Shown: positions 1 through 9,700, counted from the stretch's first letter. The stretch: DNA of 64,000 bases from a candidate division WOR-3 bacterium (GCA_039801085.1 JBDRTY010000001.1:236354-300353); one strand, 5' to 3'. Program-made: numbers and translations. The notes: generated from the sequence alone by a model not told the origin.

Positions 1-1181
1 ACCATCTGAACAATCTCTCTGGAGGTTGTTCCCCGGACAATTGAATCGTCAACAAGCAGAATATTCTTGTTCTGAATCTGGGAACGCACCGGATTGAGTT
101 TCTGACGGACAGAAACAGAGCGATTGACTGTTGCCGGGGTAATGAAGGTCCGAGCGATGTAGCGGTTCTTGATCAGACCTTCCCGCATCTCGATATTCAG
201 TGCCCGGGCAAGAGCAGCACCCGCCGGTCGGGCAGTATCCGGAACCGGTATTACAATCTCGGGTTGGATGTTACGGCGCATAACCTCGTGAGCGAGTGTA
301 TTACCGAGCCGCAACCGTGCCTCGTAAACTTCAATACCATCGATGACTGAATCAGGCCGGGCAAAATATACATATTCAAAGATGCAAGTGCGGGGTTTAC
401 ATGAATTAAGCAGGTGATGGTGGAGTCGGTGATGACGGTCGATGAAAATGACTTCTCCCGGCTGAACATCACGGAATTCGGTAAAGCCGATCAGATCCAA
501 GGCAACGCTTTCTGAAGCGACGGCGAATTCATAAACCGGTCTTTTCCTCAGTACACTATGGCGTAGGCTGTGCGAACTGTGTTCGGCTGATACCCTCCTT
601 TTTCCCAGCACCAACGGACGGATACCGCTCTGGTCGCGGAAGGCAACCAGACCCTGCTGATGAATGAGCGCTACCACGGAATAGGCACCCTTAGCCCGCT
701 GGAACACTGTTTTCACTGCCTGGTAAATGTGTTCCGGTTTCAGCGGTTCCGAACGGTATTTTTCCAGTTCACTGGCAAAAACATTCAGGATCGGTTCGAC
801 ATCACAGAAACTGGTCAGCTGGCGCAGATCTCTTGTTTCCAATTCGTGTCGTAGGCTGAAATAATTGGTAAGATTGCCGTTATGGACCATACCAATGCCA
901 TAGGGATGATTAACAAAGAATGGCTGGGCATCTTCACTGGTTCCCGGCCCGATCGTCGGGTAACGGGTATGTCCGATCCCCAGTGAACCGGTAAGCCGGG
1001 AAAGATTCTTTTCATTGAACACTCGGCTTACCAGCCCGTTTCCTTTTTTCAAATGAAGTGTAACATCGGAGGTCAGAATTCCGGCAGAGTCCTGTCCCCG
1101 GTGTTGGAGTGCGATCAGGCCAGTAACTAAGTCCGGTGCTACCGGTTGATTAAAGTAGAAAAGGCCGAGAACACCACACAC
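1..1181 (-). CDS. purF: Amidophosphoribosyltransferase (3' end runs off the window)
   Basis: Not in the ORF track. Manual translation from GTG at 1181 gives (M)CGVLGLF...ALQHRGQDSAGI...GIGHTRYPT...HNGNLTN...VIPVPDT...IKNRYIARTFI...LLVDDSIVRGTT: Ntn-hydrolase Cys1 and PRPP-binding motifs. The frame is open to position 1. Confidence 0.95.
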   Translation of the reverse strand, partial: MCGVLGLFYFNQPVAPDLVTGLIALQHRGQDSAGILTSDVTLHLKKGNGLVSRVFNEKNLSRLTGSLGIGHTRYPTIGPGTSEDAQPFFVNHPYGIGMVHNGNLTNYFSLRHELETRDLRQLTSFCDVEPILNVFASELEKYRSEPLKPEHIYQAVKTVFQRAKGAYSVVALIHQQGLVAFRDQSGIRPLVLGKRRVSAEHSSHSLRHSVLRKRPVYEFAVASESVALDLIGFTEFRDVQPGEVIFIDRHHRLHHHLLNSCKPRTCIFEYVYFARPDSVIDGIEVYEARLRLGNTLAHEVMRRNIQPEIVIPVPDTARPAGAALARALNIEMREGLIKNRYIARTFITPATVNRSVSVRQKLNPVRSQIQNKNILLVDDSIVRGTTSREIVQM

Positions 1182-1215
1182 GGGTCTATTTTAAATGATT
1201 CAATTCAGAATGCAA
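1182..1215 (-). promoter_or_regulatory. sigma70-like leaderless promoter of purF
   Basis: TTGCAT-16nt-TAAAAT-6nt-GTG; no Shine-Dalgarno sequence. Confidence 0.6.
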
Positions 1216-1221
1216 ATTTAG

Positions 1222-2472
1222 TTAATCACGCAGTCTGATGTCAAGGTACGGGATTTTCAACCGTTTTGCCATCCCGGGAGAAACGGTTAATGCCATGCCC
1301 GAACCGATTACCTCACTGCCCATGCGTCTTTTTAATAAATCGACTGCCCGATAAAGTCGTTCCATTTTTTCCAAGCGGAGCGGATCGTCAAAGAGTGTAA
1401 TTTGACTGTTACGGGTAGAGACCAGTCGAGTCAGAATGACGCCGGTTTGCCGGTAAACCTTCCCGGGTTGATAGATCGCATCAAACCCCTGTTGAATAAA
1501 TGGAGCTAATAGAAGCGGATACGCTGTTGGTGCGGACAGCTTCAATTCCACTGCGCTTTCCTGAAATTCCTGGGTGCGGAGAAACAGAATCAGACGCTGA
1601 GGTGCCAGCTGATAGCGCCGGGCTTTGAAGCAGGCGGCTTCAAGATTGGCGCTGAGCCTGCTGAAGATCGCAAACCGGCTGGTGGTCGGTGGGAATGTCG
1701 TTGCCTTGCTGATTGACTGGTAGTTGTTCTTGGGTTCGGGATTTACCGGATATACCGGTCGGCCGTTTAGTTCCTGCCAGATTTCGTAGCAGGGTTTAGG
1801 GAGGTGTTTATGGATAAACATTTCGGACCGGCGGGCGAGGTCCAGTGCAGTTCTGATGCCTAGTTTATTACACCAGGCAGCGGTACTGGTTCCGATTCCC
1901 CAGACCGCATCCACGGGCAATTTTTCCAGATACAGGTGAATCTGTCGTCCCGGGATTACTGTCAGGCCCCCGGGTTTTCTGTGCTGAGAGGCGATCTTAG
2001 CGAGAACTTTAGTGAGGCTGATGCCGATGGAAACCGAGATGCCCAGTTCTGTCCGGATTGTTTCCTGAATCCGGAAGCCCAGTTCCTCATAGGAGCAGTG
2101 ATAGGCCCGGCGCAGGCCGGTAATGTCCACAAACGCTTCATCAATTGAGTATTCTTCGACCGCTGGAGAAAATCGGCGGAGAATATCCATCATCCGGATC
2201 GAAAACAGACTGTATTTTTCATAATCGGAGTTAAGAACAATTACCGCTGGATAAAGGTGTTTCACATCCCGGATCCGCATGCCCCGTTTGATACCAAGCA
2301 CCTTGGCTTCATAACTGGCAGCAGTAACAATTCCCCGCTCTCTGCCGACGATCAGCGGTTTACCGGCAAGGTGGGGATTGGTTGCCTGCTCACAGGCAGC
2401 AAAGAAGGCGTCGGCATCTACATGCAGAATCGCATTTTGCCAGTCAAAGACCAGGAGTGGCTGGGTGCTCAT
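1222..2472 (-). CDS. Y-family error-prone DNA polymerase (DinB/UmuC-like)
   Basis: ILHVDADAFFA and YSIDEAFVD catalytic motifs, IMS C-terminal little-finger region. Start moved to the ATG at 2472 (ATGA overlap with the upstream stop); the ORF-track extension to 2607 lies inside lexA. Confidence 0.93.
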   Translation of the reverse strand: MSTQPLLVFDWQNAILHVDADAFFAACEQATNPHLAGKPLIVGRERGIVTAASYEAKVLGIKRGMRIRDVKHLYPAVIVLNSDYEKYSLFSIRMMDILRRFSPAVEEYSIDEAFVDITGLRRAYHCSYEELGFRIQETIRTELGISVSIGISLTKVLAKIASQHRKPGGLTVIPGRQIHLYLEKLPVDAVWGIGTSTAAWCNKLGIRTALDLARRSEMFIHKHLPKPCYEIWQELNGRPVYPVNPEPKNNYQSISKATTFPPTTSRFAIFSRLSANLEAACFKARRYQLAPQRLILFLRTQEFQESAVELKLSAPTAYPLLLAPFIQQGFDAIYQPGKVYRQTGVILTRLVSTRNSQITLFDDPLRLEKMERLYRAVDLLKRRMGSEVIGSGMALTVSPGMAKRLKIPYLDIRLRD

Positions 2473-3053
2473 CGGTATTTCCGGATTACGGCGGTAACCA
2501 CCCCACCGATTCGGAGTTCTGCTCTGGGCTTCAAAGGCGGGTAGTTCGGATTTGCGGGGACGAGGATAATCTGTCCTCCCTGTTTTCTTAAGTACTTGAT
2601 CGTCCATTCACCATCAACCTCAGCAATCACGATATCGCCATTCTTGGGGGTGATTGAGCGGTCGATCAGAACCATGTCTCCCGGGAGAATGCCGGCTTCC
2701 CGCATTGAATTGCCGGTGACCTTCAAGAGGAAGGTAGCGGCTGAGTTGCGTATCAGCCATTCATCAAGTGAAATTTTGTCCAGAAGTTCCTCCTCGGCAG
2801 GGGAGGGAAAGCCGGCTTCAACGGTTCCGAGCAGTTTCAGGGGTGAAAGCAGTTTCTGAGGGATAAGCCTACCTTTTTCATCCTGAGTGATGATCCCCTG
2901 TGCCTTCAGTTTCTTCACCAGCCGGAAAACCGCATTTTTGGAACGCCAGCCAAAGAGCTGCGCAATTTCAGTGTAAGACGGCATCCGGCACCGCTGCCGG
3001 TAGAACTGCCGGAGCTGTTCAATTTTATTGTTCAAGTCAGCACTTCGCCTCAT
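2469..3053 (-). CDS. lexA: LexA-family repressor with UmuD-like S24 peptidase domain
   Basis: N-terminal winged HTH (MPSYTEIAQLFGWRSKNAVFRLVKKL), Ala-Gly cleavage site in EAGFPSPA, catalytic Ser (GNSM) and Lys (WTIKYL). Confidence 0.88.
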   Translation of the reverse strand: MRRSADLNNKIEQLRQFYRQRCRMPSYTEIAQLFGWRSKNAVFRLVKKLKAQGIITQDEKGRLIPQKLLSPLKLLGTVEAGFPSPAEEELLDKISLDEWLIRNSAATFLLKVTGNSMREAGILPGDMVLIDRSITPKNGDIVIAEVDGEWTIKYLRKQGGQIILVPANPNYPPLKPRAELRIGGVVTAVIRKYR

Positions 3054-3088
3054 GAATTAATTATAGTGAACGATTGTTCACTTGTCAA
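3054..3088 (-). promoter_or_regulatory. Consensus sigma70 promoter of the lexA-polymerase cassette (leaderless)
   Basis: TTGACA (3088-3083)-17nt-TATAAT (3065-3060)-6nt-ATG (3053). Confidence 0.9.
3065..3082. promoter_or_regulatory. LexA operator (SOS box) AGTGAAC-GATT-GTTCACT
   Basis: Perfect inverted repeat with 7-bp arms and a GAAC-N4-GTTC core, filling the promoter spacer. Confidence 0.85.
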
Positions 3089-3095
3089 GCAATCT

Positions 3096-3980
3096 TTAGT
3101 TGTCGATGCCCCGGCCTTCAAAGTCCGGGGTGTAGTCGGAGGAAGCGGAGGAAAGTTCCTGCAGAAAACCTTCTTCAAAACCGAGGTCCAGAAAGTAATC
3201 CCTGATCTCCTGATACTCGGAGGGACGGAGGCGCCGGTTCATATCCGGCAGAGTTTCTGCCTGATAGGTCGGATAATACTGTGCCATCAGACTGATCTGG
3301 GTCTGGGGTCCGAGATTGTCCCGGAGCCAGCGGAGGATTTTCTTGGAGTCTTCAATCTGTCCCGGCAGGACGAGATGGCGGACAATCAGCCCCTGTTTAA
3401 TAATTCCCTCCTCGTCGTAGCGGTTTTCTCCAACCTGCCGTTTCATTTCCATGATTGCTGCGGAGGCGTATTTAAAATAGTTCGGTGCGGAGGAGAACTG
3501 CTGTGCCAGTTCGTCGGAAAAATACTTCAGATCAGGAAGATAGATCGAGACCAGACCTCCCAGTTGCCGCAGGGTTTCCACCTTTTCATAGGCGTTGGAG
3601 TTCCAGAGGATGGGAATCCGTAACCGCTGTCTCGCCGCCTCGAGTACCGGGATCAGCTGCAGGGTATAGTGGGTCGGGGTTACGAGGTTGATGTTGTGGG
3701 CACCCTGATTTTCAAGCTGGAGCATGATTTCGACTAAACGCTCCGGTTGCACCTTTCTGCCGAATCCCAGCTGGGAGATATCGTAGTTCTGACAGAAACG
3801 GCAGCGGAGATTGCAGTGGGAAAAGAAGATCGTTCCTGATCCTCTGGTGCCGGATACCGGAGGTTCCTCCCAGAAATGGAGCTGTGCCTGAGCAATTTCA
3901 ATTTCATCGGTTGCCCGGCACCGGCCCGGATGGACCGAGCGGTCAATATTACATTCAAACGGACAGGCGTTGCAGATCAT
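3096..3980 (-). CDS. Radical SAM protein, PflX / PFL-activase-like
   Basis: CNLRCRFC cluster motif, N-terminal CxxCPxxC, GLIVRHLVLPG. The ATG at 3980 is preferred; the TTG at 4016 in the ORF track is the -35 hexamer. Confidence 0.85.
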   Translation of the reverse strand: MICNACPFECNIDRSVHPGRCRATDEIEIAQAQLHFWEEPPVSGTRGSGTIFFSHCNLRCRFCQNYDISQLGFGRKVQPERLVEIMLQLENQGAHNINLVTPTHYTLQLIPVLEAARQRLRIPILWNSNAYEKVETLRQLGGLVSIYLPDLKYFSDELAQQFSSAPNYFKYASAAIMEMKRQVGENRYDEEGIIKQGLIVRHLVLPGQIEDSKKILRWLRDNLGPQTQISLMAQYYPTYQAETLPDMNRRLRPSEYQEIRDYFLDLGFEEGFLQELSSASSDYTPDFEGRGIDN

Positions 3981-4016
3981 GCTTATAATTCTACTTCCCG
4001 AAGGAGGCGGTATCAA
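3981..4016 (-). promoter_or_regulatory. Leaderless promoter of the radical SAM gene
   Basis: TTGATA-17nt-TAGAAT-7nt-ATG. Confidence 0.7.
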
Positions 4017-4070
4017 CTCCGGGTTGGTGCTTGTGATTAGGCGGGCAGGGCAGTGAAACCAGTTTCTGTC

Positions 4071-4104
4071 TTGACCCGGAGCGGAGGCGATTTAGAATAT
4101 CCTG
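4071..4104 (+). promoter_or_regulatory. Leaderless promoter of uvrB
   Basis: TTGACC-16nt-TAGAAT-6nt-ATG; no Shine-Dalgarno sequence next to the start. Confidence 0.7.
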
Positions 4105-6132
4105 ATGCAGGAGCGGTTCCGGTTGAGAGCGCCTTTCCAGCCCGCCGGTGACCAGCCGGAGGCGATTGAGCGGCTGGTTGAATTTATTCAGTCGGGAGCG
4201 AAATATTCCACCCTGCTGGGGGTCACCGGATCGGGCAAGACCTTTGTCATGGCATCAGTAATCGCCCGGCTTAACCGGCCGACGATTGTCATCTCCCATA
4301 ACAAGACACTGGCAGCTCAGCTGTATGGCGAGTTCAGACAGTTCTTTCCGGATAATGCGGTGGAGTACTTCATCTCCTATTATGACTATTACCAGCCTGA
4401 GGCCTATGTGCCGGAACATGACCTTTACATTGAAAAGGACGCCTCTATTAACGAGGAGATTGAGCGGCTCCGCTTACGTGCCACCTCCAGCCTGATTGAG
4501 CGCCGGGATGTGATCGTGGTCGCCTCAGTTTCCTGTATCTATAACCTCGGCGAACCCTGGGAGTTCCGAGAGTCGCTTTTTCCGATTGAACTGAATCGGG
4601 AGCTGGACCGGGAACAGTTACTGGAACAGCTGGTAAAACTGCAATATACCAGAAACGATTTTGAGCCCAAGCGGTCAACCTTCCGGGTCCGGGGTGAGGT
4701 AGTGGAGGTTCACCCTTCGCACCGGGATTACGGGGTGCGGATTGAGTTCCAGGAGGACCGGATTGCCCGGCTGAGTATCTTTGACATTGTATCCGGCGAA
4801 CTGATTGAGCGCCGGGAGCGGGTGGTAATCTATCCGGCACGCCATTTCATTACCGGTAAGGAGCGGATTGAGCGGGCAATCAGATCAATTGAGGCCGAAC
4901 TCCGGCAACGGGTGGCGGAGCTGGAGGCACAGGGAAAATTCCTAGAGGCGCAGCGGCTCAGAACCAGAACCAGATTTGATCTCGAGATGATTCAGGAGTT
5001 CGGCTACTGTCCCGGAATTGAGAATTACTCCCGGCATCTTCTGGGCAAGGCGCCGGGCGAGCGGCCTTACTGCCTTCTGGACTATTTTCCGGCTGACTAC
5101 CTGATGTTCATTGATGAGTCCCATCAGACCGTTCCCCAGATCCAGGGGATGTATAATGGTGACCGGTCAAGAAAGCAGGTGCTGGTCGATTACGGATTCC
5201 GACTGCCCTCCTGTCTGGACAACCGGCCGCTGCGTTTTGACGAGTTTGAGACTCTGATCAATCAGGTGGTCTTTACTTCGGCGACACCGGGAGATTATGA
5301 GCTGGAGCGGAGTCAGGGCCAGGTTGCCGAGCTGATTGTCCGGCCCACCGGACTGGTGGATCCGAAGATGACCATCCGGTCGACCGCCAATCAGGTGGAT
5401 GATCTGCTGAATGAAATCCGGCAGCGGGTGGAGCGCCAGGAGCGGGTGCTGGTGACGACACTAACCAAGCGTATGGCCGAGGACCTAGCGGAGTATCTGA
5501 CTGAGCTGGGCATCCGGGTAAGGTATCTCCATTCCGAGATTGAGCCGCTGGAGCGGGTGGAGATTCTGCGTGGACTGCGGCTCGGCGAATTTGATGTGCT
5601 GGTCGGGATTAACCTTTTGCGTGAAGGGCTTGATCTGCCGGAGGTGTCCTTAGTGGCGGTGCTGGATGCAGACAAGGAGGGGTTTCTGCGTGATGCCCGT
5701 TCCTTGATTCAGACCGCGGGCCGGGCGGCAAGAAATGTCCGGGGCGAGGTAATTCTATATGCCGATAACATCACCCGTTCCATCCGGAATGCCCTTGCTG
5801 AGACCGAGCGGCGGCGGCAGAAGCAGATTGAGTATAACCGCCGGCACGGCATCATTCCCCGCTCAATTGAAAAGACGACGGAACAGGTGCTGGGTACAAC
5901 CGCGGTTGCCGATGCCCGGGATGCAGAAGAGGCGGAAAATAACTGGCAGGTCGCTGAAGATGGAGGCCGAATGGAACTGCTGCTCCGGCTGGAAAAGGAG
6001 ATGCAGCAGGCGGCTCAGAATCTGGAGTTTGAGCGGGCAGCAAAGCTGCGGGACAGAATCCGTGAGCTCCGGCAGCAGATTGATGATGAAGAGTGGCGAA
6101 AAAGCCGGCGCAAACGGCTGAAAAACCGGTGA
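4105..6132 (+). CDS. uvrB: Excinuclease ABC subunit B
   Basis: GVTGSGKT Walker [27 protein letters not shown]-terminal UVR domain. Confidence 0.99.
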   Translation: MQERFRLRAPFQPAGDQPEAIERLVEFIQSGAKYSTLLGVTGSGKTFVMASVIARLNRPTIVISHNKTLAAQLYGEFRQFFPDNAVEYFISYYDYYQPEAYVPEHDLYIEKDASINEEIERLRLRATSSLIERRDVIVVASVSCIYNLGEPWEFRESLFPIELNRELDREQLLEQLVKLQYTRNDFEPKRSTFRVRGEVVEVHPSHRDYGVRIEFQEDRIARLSIFDIVSGELIERRERVVIYPARHFITGKERIERAIRSIEAELRQRVAELEAQGKFLEAQRLRTRTRFDLEMIQEFGYCPGIENYSRHLLGKAPGERPYCLLDYFPADYLMFIDESHQTVPQIQGMYNGDRSRKQVLVDYGFRLPSCLDNRPLRFDEFETLINQVVFTSATPGDYELERSQGQVAELIVRPTGLVDPKMTIRSTANQVDDLLNEIRQRVERQERVLVTTLTKRMAEDLAEYLTELGIRVRYLHSEIEPLERVEILRGLRLGEFDVLVGINLLREGLDLPEVSLVAVLDADKEGFLRDARSLIQTAGRAARNVRGEVILYADNITRSIRNALAETERRRQKQIEYNRRHGIIPRSIEKTTEQVLGTTAVADARDAEEAENNWQVAEDGGRMELLLRLEKEMQQAAQNLEFERAAKLRDRIRELRQQIDDEEWRKSRRKRLKNR

Positions 6133-6168
6133 GGCGTAAGGGTTACCCTTAAAAACAATCCGGCTCAA

Positions 6169-7952
6169 TTAAGGGAGCAGCAGTTCAAAGTAATGAGTTA
6201 TATCACCAGGTGTGGCAGCAAGGCCTATTGCCACCACTCTGTCTTCAGTCAGCCGTAAAAGATAATAGGTGGCGGTTGCTTTTACCACCTGTCGTGGTAG
6301 CAGGAATCGCTCTGTTGTTCTTTTCTGACGGTGGATTTTATAGACCAGAGGTTGTCTGTTATTATTAATGGTAACTAGGACATAGATGCAGCTGCCGGTA
6401 TCAAGAAAATCCACAATCCGCTGGGGGAAGTTGGTGCGCAGTGTTTCAAGCATATAGCGCAGCGGTTCACTGGAGCGGTCAATCTCCGGGGTAACCGGTA
6501 CCGGATTTTCCCAGATCAATACCGAGTCCTCCAATTCAAATTCCTGGTTGAAGATCATAATTTTCCCCGAATAACGATCGGTAGTGTAGGAGCGGTTGTT
6601 CTGTCTGCGGACAAAGGCTTCGCTACCCACGAGATACCCAAGCCGCAGTTCCTCAAACCTGGGATCAAGCCCGCCGATAAAACGGATAAATCTGCCACCG
6701 GTATCATAAACTGCCAGCTGGTGGATGTTCTTGAGATAAAATTCCTCCCGGAAAGGATTCCAGTCCGCGGGCAGGTTTTCATCAAGCATTTCCGAACCCT
6801 GGGCAGGCCAGCCCCGGCAGTAAGGCAGAAACACAATTCCCGTTTCGGAAATGAGGGAGGCATCGGGATGTTCAAAAACGTCGGGAATGGTGTCAGGCCA
6901 GGGTTGAAATTCCACGCACCGTAACATCTGATTGGAATTTATGTTTTTGGTGATCATGACCGGTGCATTGAAGTAGTCAATCTGTACATTCTCGCCTTTG
7001 TCTCTCATCTGAATGCTGGGCAGGGGGGCGGTGATTATTAGCAGGGAATCATCAAGAAACCGGTGACTGAAATACATGGAATTGATAATATTCATTGCCT
7101 TGAGTTTAAGCACAAGCTCTGCCGGCAGACGGATGAAGAGCACCTCTTCCGAACTGTCGGGATAAAGCGCACGCAGCAGCTTTCCAGTTAGAAGATCAAA
7201 GACATAAACATGGGAGGTCATATGGTCGGTAAACGCCAGACGGGTACCGGCGGGATTGAGCGAAAGATAATACGTGCTAGAAATCGGATGTTCATCTGTG
7301 TCCCGAAGTCTTATCCTCCGCCGGAATTGCGGCTTCAGTCTTTTCTCCGGCACCCTTTTTTCTGAAACAGCGACTGCTTTGCTAGCAACTCTCGGGTGGG
7401 AGCTGTCGGCGATGAACTGGGCAACTAAGATGGAGTCAATCCGGCAGCTCAGCGTGCAGGATGAGATCAGCTCCCCGGTTGAGATTTTGAATTTGGTAAC
7501 AAAAGGTACCTGGAGAGTACCGGCGGAAAATTAAAAGTTTCTGAGGAAGTTTTCGTCAACCACCAGAGTATAGTCGGCATTAAAACTCCGGCGCTGGAGA
7601 TAGCGTTCTGCCGCACGGCGGTGATTGGAGACCGCCAGCAAAATGATGTCGTTTTTTACTCCCTGGGCCCGGAGGAGATCGGTAAATGGTTTGATCCCTC
7701 CTTCAATCCGGGCAGCGATCATCGGTGGAACTAAAAAACATACACCGTATCTGATTTGTAGTTAATTCCGAGTTTCTGGAAAAAGCGGTGGATTTCACGA
7801 TTGGTACCTTCAATCTGCGCCATCTGGTGAAGCTGGAGAACCGGATTGAAAACGGAACCGAATAGATAAACAGAGGTTACAAGTATGAGCACAAGGGCAG
7901 GGGCAGTGATTTTACCGCCCCTGCCCGCATGTACCACTGATTTACAGTCCAT
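6169..7952 (-). pseudogene. Disrupted ~594-aa membrane-anchored protein (possible thioredoxin-like N-part plus beta-propeller-like C-part)
   Basis: ORFs 7731-7952, 7531-7722 and 6169-7353 join into one frame by adding one base to the A6 run at 7733-7738 and reading through the in-frame TAA at 7531-7533 (7530 to 7353 is 59 open codons). Confidence 0.65.
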
Positions 7953-7964
7953 GTCCGGGTTACT

Positions 7965-8295
7965 CTATCGTTCTATCGGAACAATCTCCACGACCTTCAG
8001 TTCGTCACCGTAAACCGGAGTTCCATCAAGCGGCAAAGGAGCACCCAGACGGATACGATAACGCTGCCCTGAACTCGGATCCGTACCCGTTAATTCAAGA
8101 AGGGTATCAGGGGATGCATTAAAGGGAAGGGTAATCTCAAGACAGACAATGGAATCTCTGACGGGACAGATCCGAGGAGGAATAACTGTTACCCCCCAGA
8201 ACCATAGAGCTTGATACTGGCAGCGGTAAATGCAGGAATCAGGAGAAAAAGAAGCCCGAGGAAGAGAATACGCAGGTTCGTTAATTTTTAAGCAT
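7965..8295 (-). pseudogene. Disrupted ~110-aa secreted protein
   Basis: AGGAGG precedes ATG 8295, which stops after MLKN. Adding one base to the run at 8285-8289 and one to the run at 8192-8197 restores MLKKLTNLRILFLGLLFLLIPAFTA (signal peptide) in frame with the ORF ending at 7965. Confidence 0.6.
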
Positions 8296-8377
8296 CCTTT
8301 TCCTCCTTTCACAGCCGGAGTTCTTTCCCGACTGCGACTAAATTATAATTATACTACTACTTGTCAACAAATTTAAT

Positions 8378-9478
8378 TTATTTTCTCATTCTCAGCCAGA
8401 AACTGTGTAGGTGGCCGGCGATCGTCATTGCCTTTACCGGGCAGATTTCTGAGCAGCAGAAGCAGCGGATGCATTTGCGACGGTCGATTTCGGGCAAGGG
8501 ACTCATTCTGATCGCCTCTACCGGACAGTTCCGGGCACATTCAGCACAACGGATGCAGCGGTTGTGGTTCAGGACCGGCACGCGGGGGATAATCAGCCGG
8601 TACACCGGCCGGGATAGGCGGGTGATCAGACTGGCGAATCCGGCACCGGGCAGGCGGAACCCGGGAATGGGTGCAAAGTCACCGTGGATCTGAATTGCAG
8701 TCCGGGCTGCCGGTCCGAGCCTGCGACTGGCAGCGATGCGCACGGTCGGGATGGAGTCCGGCTGGGCACCGGCAAGCATCGCCATGACCGCATCCAGGGC
8801 AATACCGTTTTCACTGGCGAGCAGCAGATCCATCTTCCGCACCCTGCCGCCACTCGGTCCGTTGATTCCGTCCATGACCCGGATACCATCCATGATATGG
8901 AGCATTTTTACCGGCACCGTCTGATAGATGTCCACGAGCAGTTCGGCAAACTGTTCGGCACTGGCAGCCAAGGTGTGGAGATACGCCTTGTGCCCGCCGG
9001 GAATGATGCCGAAGATGTTTTTGACCGCACCGGTGAGCAGGGTCAGGGCATGGGTTTTGAATACCGGCAGATTGAGGATGATATCAACTTCGTGAATCAG
9101 GCTGGAGACCGGAATTTCTGGGGTATAGCGGGATGAAAGCGGCAGTTGCACCGGGTTGATTGAGACATTCTGAAAACAGCCCTGACTGGCTTCAATCATA
9201 CCAGTCGGCTTCAGATAGTCTTCAATCCGGTTCCGGCGGGCGCCGGCCGGATTGTCACCGACGATTATCCTTTTGGCGTTGCGCCGTTTGAGCTCGGAGA
9301 TGATCCCATGAACCAGCTCCGGATTGGTGGTAACCCCGGCTTCGGGGGGGTGGGGTGCGAGCAGGTTGGGTTTGACCCAGATCCGTTTGCCGGAGAAGTC
9401 ATAATTAAGAAAGTCAAGCGCCTCAATGACCGTTGCTTGCAGGTCGCCAATTTTCCGGATGAGTACCGAGGCGGGCAT
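8378..9478 (-). CDS. DUF362 domain protein with C-terminal 2x[4Fe-4S] ferredoxin
   Basis: WVKPNLL, VTTNPELV, LPVFKTH, LTGAVKNIFG; CIRCAECARNCP and CIRCFCCSEICP. Confidence 0.85.
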   Translation of the reverse strand: MPASVLIRKIGDLQATVIEALDFLNYDFSGKRIWVKPNLLAPHPPEAGVTTNPELVHGIISELKRRNAKRIIVGDNPAGARRNRIEDYLKPTGMIEASQGCFQNVSINPVQLPLSSRYTPEIPVSSLIHEVDIILNLPVFKTHALTLLTGAVKNIFGIIPGGHKAYLHTLAASAEQFAELLVDIYQTVPVKMLHIMDGIRVMDGINGPSGGRVRKMDLLLASENGIALDAVMAMLAGAQPDSIPTVRIAASRRLGPAARTAIQIHGDFAPIPGFRLPGAGFASLITRLSRPVYRLIIPRVPVLNHNRCIRCAECARNCPVEAIRMSPLPEIDRRKCIRCFCCSEICPVKAMTIAGHLHSFWLRMRK

Positions 9479-9496
9479 TAAGCAGTCGGCAGGGTG

Positions 9497-9688
9497 CTAC
9501 TTGTTATCTTGACCCGGGATGATATAAAGGACATTGGCAAGGGATACCACCGCTTCAGGCTGCCGCTCCCTGCCTTCAGGAATTCCGGTTTCCTTGAAAA
9601 TCACATCCACCATCTTGACGACACCTTCCTTGACGGTGTAACCACCACAAACCGCATAGCCGCCGGATTTGAGATAGACAATCGGCAT
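9497..9688 (-). CDS. Small hypothetical protein (63 aa), possible Sm/LSm-like fold
   Basis: Good RBS (AAGGAG), tightly packed in the operon, beta-rich pattern. Confidence 0.7.
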   Translation of the reverse strand: MPIVYLKSGGYAVCGGYTVKEGVVKMVDVIFKETGIPEGRERQPEAVVSLANVLYIIPGQDNK

Positions 9689-9700
9689 TTTTTCTCCTTT

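Noticed and set aside
251-1015. Short ORFs 251-472, 660-854 and 815-1015
   Set aside because: Off-frame or antisense shadows of purF, which the ORF track missed because of its GTG start and open end.
2473-2607. N-terminal extension of the Y-family polymerase
   Set aside because: Lies inside lexA; the ATGA-coupled start at 2472 gives a normal N-terminus.
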